Program-made: the position numbers and the translations under genes
Shown: positions 62,424 through 64,000 of the stretch, piece by piece
Numbering within the stretch: the stretch's first letter is position 1
How the letters are laid out: each line of letters starts with the position of its first letter
The notes under the pieces: model-generated
What the model saw: the letters and a program-made list of their open reading frames with translations, nothing else
Told to the model about the DNA's origin: nothing
The model's database searches: none
Assembly: GCA_963738405.1 (NCBI GenBank)
Contig: CAVTWJ010000009.1
Coordinates: forward strand, 288,001 to 352,000
Source: a candidate division FCPU426 bacterium
Lineage (GTDB): Bacteria > Oederibacteriota > Muellerivitia > Muellerivitales > Muellerivitaceae
Direction: 5' to 3'
DNA length: 64,000 nt

Positions 62424-62487
62424 CCCGCCAAGTTAAAAGACGCCTTTGAAAAGGTGGAAAGACCCTATTTAAAAAAGTTTTTGAGCC

Positions 62488-62514
62488 TGTCGGGTTTTGC
62501 CCTTTCCGTTCGTC
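62488..62514 (+). promoter_or_regulatory. ECF42-like promoter upstream of the ABC exporter
   Basis: TGTCGG-N17-CGTC. Confidence 0.55.
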
Positions 62515-62729
62515 GAATAGATGGAAGCCGATATTGGATGCGTGAAACCGGTAAATTAAAGGATTCTTAACGGAATGGACCTTGGTTTTTGACCGAGTCT
62601 CCATTACATTCCCAACCGAATTCTTTTTAGACAAAAGAGGATTCGGGGGGATCTGTCTTTCGTGACGGCCTTCCCCGAAACGAAAAAGGGGGCATGCCAG
62701 TGAAAGCAAAACGCGAAACGAGGAAAAAG

Positions 62730-63446
62730 ATGCCAGAAATCGTCTCCATCCAACATGTTCACAAGGACTACCCCCTGGATAAGGTGGTGGTGCCGGCCTT
62801 AAGAGGCGTCAGCCTGAGCGTGGCCCAGGGCGACTTTCTTTCCATTGTGGGGCCCTCGGGATCGGGCAAAACGACCCTCCTCAACCTGATCGGTTGTGTG
62901 GATGTGGCAACGAAGGGAACGGTTCTAATCGACGGCCACGACACCAAGAGCCTGAACGACCGCCAACTGACCGACCTGCGCCTGCACACCCTGGGATTCA
63001 TCTTCCAAAGCTTCAACCTGGTGCCGGTGCTTTCGGTGTTTCAAAACGTTGAATTTCCCCTGCTTTTACAGCGCAAGTTGACGGTGGAAGAAAGGGCGAA
63101 AAGGGTGGATGAACTGCTGGTGAAGGTGGGATTGAACAAGCATTCCAAGCACCGCCCCAGCGAACTCTCCGGCGGACAGCGCCAAAGGGTGGCGATCGCC
63201 CGGGCTTTGGTGACCCGGCCCAAGATTGTCTTGGCCGATGAGCCGACCGCCAACCTGGATTCGGTGACCGGCGAAAACATCATCGACTTGATGAAAGAAA
63301 TGAACCGGGAAGAAAAAACCACCTTTATTTTCTCCACCCATGACGCCAAGGTGATGAGCCACGCCAACTCGGTGATCCGGCTGGCGGACGGCAAAATCGC
63401 AGAAGGCAAAGGGGCAAGCGGTCGAATGACCGCGGGGGCCCACTGA
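62730..63446 (+). CDS. ABC transporter ATP-binding protein (LolD/MacB-like)
   Basis: GPSGSGKTT, GFIFQSFNL, LSGGQRQRVAIARAL, LADEPTANLD. Confidence 0.93.
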   Translation: MPEIVSIQHVHKDYPLDKVVVPALRGVSLSVAQGDFLSIVGPSGSGKTTLLNLIGCVDVATKGTVLIDGHDTKSLNDRQLTDLRLHTLGFIFQSFNLVPVLSVFQNVEFPLLLQRKLTVEERAKRVDELLVKVGLNKHSKHRPSELSGGQRQRVAIARALVTRPKIVLADEPTANLDSVTGENIIDLMKEMNREEKTTFIFSTHDAKVMSHANSVIRLADGKIAEGKGASGRMTAGAH

Positions 63447-64000
63447 TGGACGGGTTCCTGCTTCTTCTCAAGATATCGCTGCGCAACATCTTTTCCCATT
63501 TCCTGAACATCGTCATCGGGCTCATCATTTTGGTGGGGACGCTCCTCTTCGTGGTGGGCGGGTCAATGGTGGACAGCATGGACAAGGCCATGAGCCGAAG
63601 CATCATCGGCTCGGTGGCGGGAAACGCCCAGGTGTACCAGGGAACTTCCAAGGATACGCCCTCGCTTTTTGAAAGCTGGCAGATCCCGGATCTGGACCCC
63701 ATCCCCGATTTCTCCAAGATCAAGGGCCCCTTGATGAGCCACCCCAATGTGGCCGCGGTGGTGCCGGAGGGCATCAATACGGCCATTGTGGTTTACGGCA
63801 ATACCATCGACCAGATTTTGGAGAAATTAAGAAATTCGGAAAATCCGAAGAATAAAGCGTCTAAAGAAAAAATCGAGAGCCTGAAAGCTCATGTTCGCCA
63901 GATGGTTTCGGTGATCCAGACCGATATGGGCAAGCTGGGTAAAATTGCCGCCAAGGGATCGGTAGACCCCCAATCCATCAAGGATTTGGCGGTGGCCTCT
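63446..64000 (+). CDS. ABC transporter permease (FtsX/LolE/MacB-like), truncated by the window end
   Basis: ATG overlaps the ATPase stop (TGATG); MDGFLLLLKISLRNIFSH...TM...SRSIIGSVAGNAQVY; frame appears open to the window end. Confidence 0.75.
   Translation, partial: MDGFLLLLKISLRNIFSHFLNIVIGLIILVGTLLFVVGGSMVDSMDKAMSRSIIGSVAGNAQVYQGTSKDTPSLFESWQIPDLDPIPDFSKIKGPLMSHPNVAAVVPEGINTAIVVYGNTIDQILEKLRNSENPKNKASKEKIESLKAHVRQMVSVIQTDMGKLGKIAAKGSVDPQSIKDLAVAS

Noticed and set aside
47630..64000. Prophage or integrative element downstream of tRNA-Gln
   Set aside because: No integrase, transposase or phage gene is seen in the window; only the short repeat scar is supported

Overview
Bacterial chromosomal window, GC-rich in coding regions with AT-rich intergenic tracts. 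Bases 1-47.6 kb are mostly housekeeping genes in a Firmicutes-like order: dnaK (3' part), dxr-rseP, sucCD, ispG-proS, polC-rimP-nusA-infB-rbfA-DHH-truB-ribF-rpsO-pnp, then wecA-like, TPR-ispE and tRNA-Gln(UUG). The organism nevertheless looks diderm: it encodes DUF1207-like and other beta-barrel-like proteins, a GT9 and an EmrAB-type pump. Three secreted clan GH-A glycoside hydrolases with Pro/Thr linkers and a shared T9SS-like C-terminal domain interrupt the conserved block. After the tRNA lies an accessory stress and efflux region with two ECF42-type sigma/YciI modules, MarR-EmrAB, SoxR and an ABC exporter. The best candidate for an undescribed system is at 37.9-40.55 kb. A small membrane protein and a Zn-ribbon/TPR sigma54 activator are followed by tandem palindromic enhancer sites and a near-consensus sigma54 promoter. 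That promoter appears to transcribe only an ~89-nt terminator-bounded small RNA exposing an anti-Shine-Dalgarno sequence. Other notable observations are a PolC lacking its exonuclease insert, two ECF42 modules with distinct -35 elements, a 13-aa lysine-rich micropeptide gene, and a K+ channel with a TVGYHD filter. All calls come from reading motifs by eye; no database searches were run.
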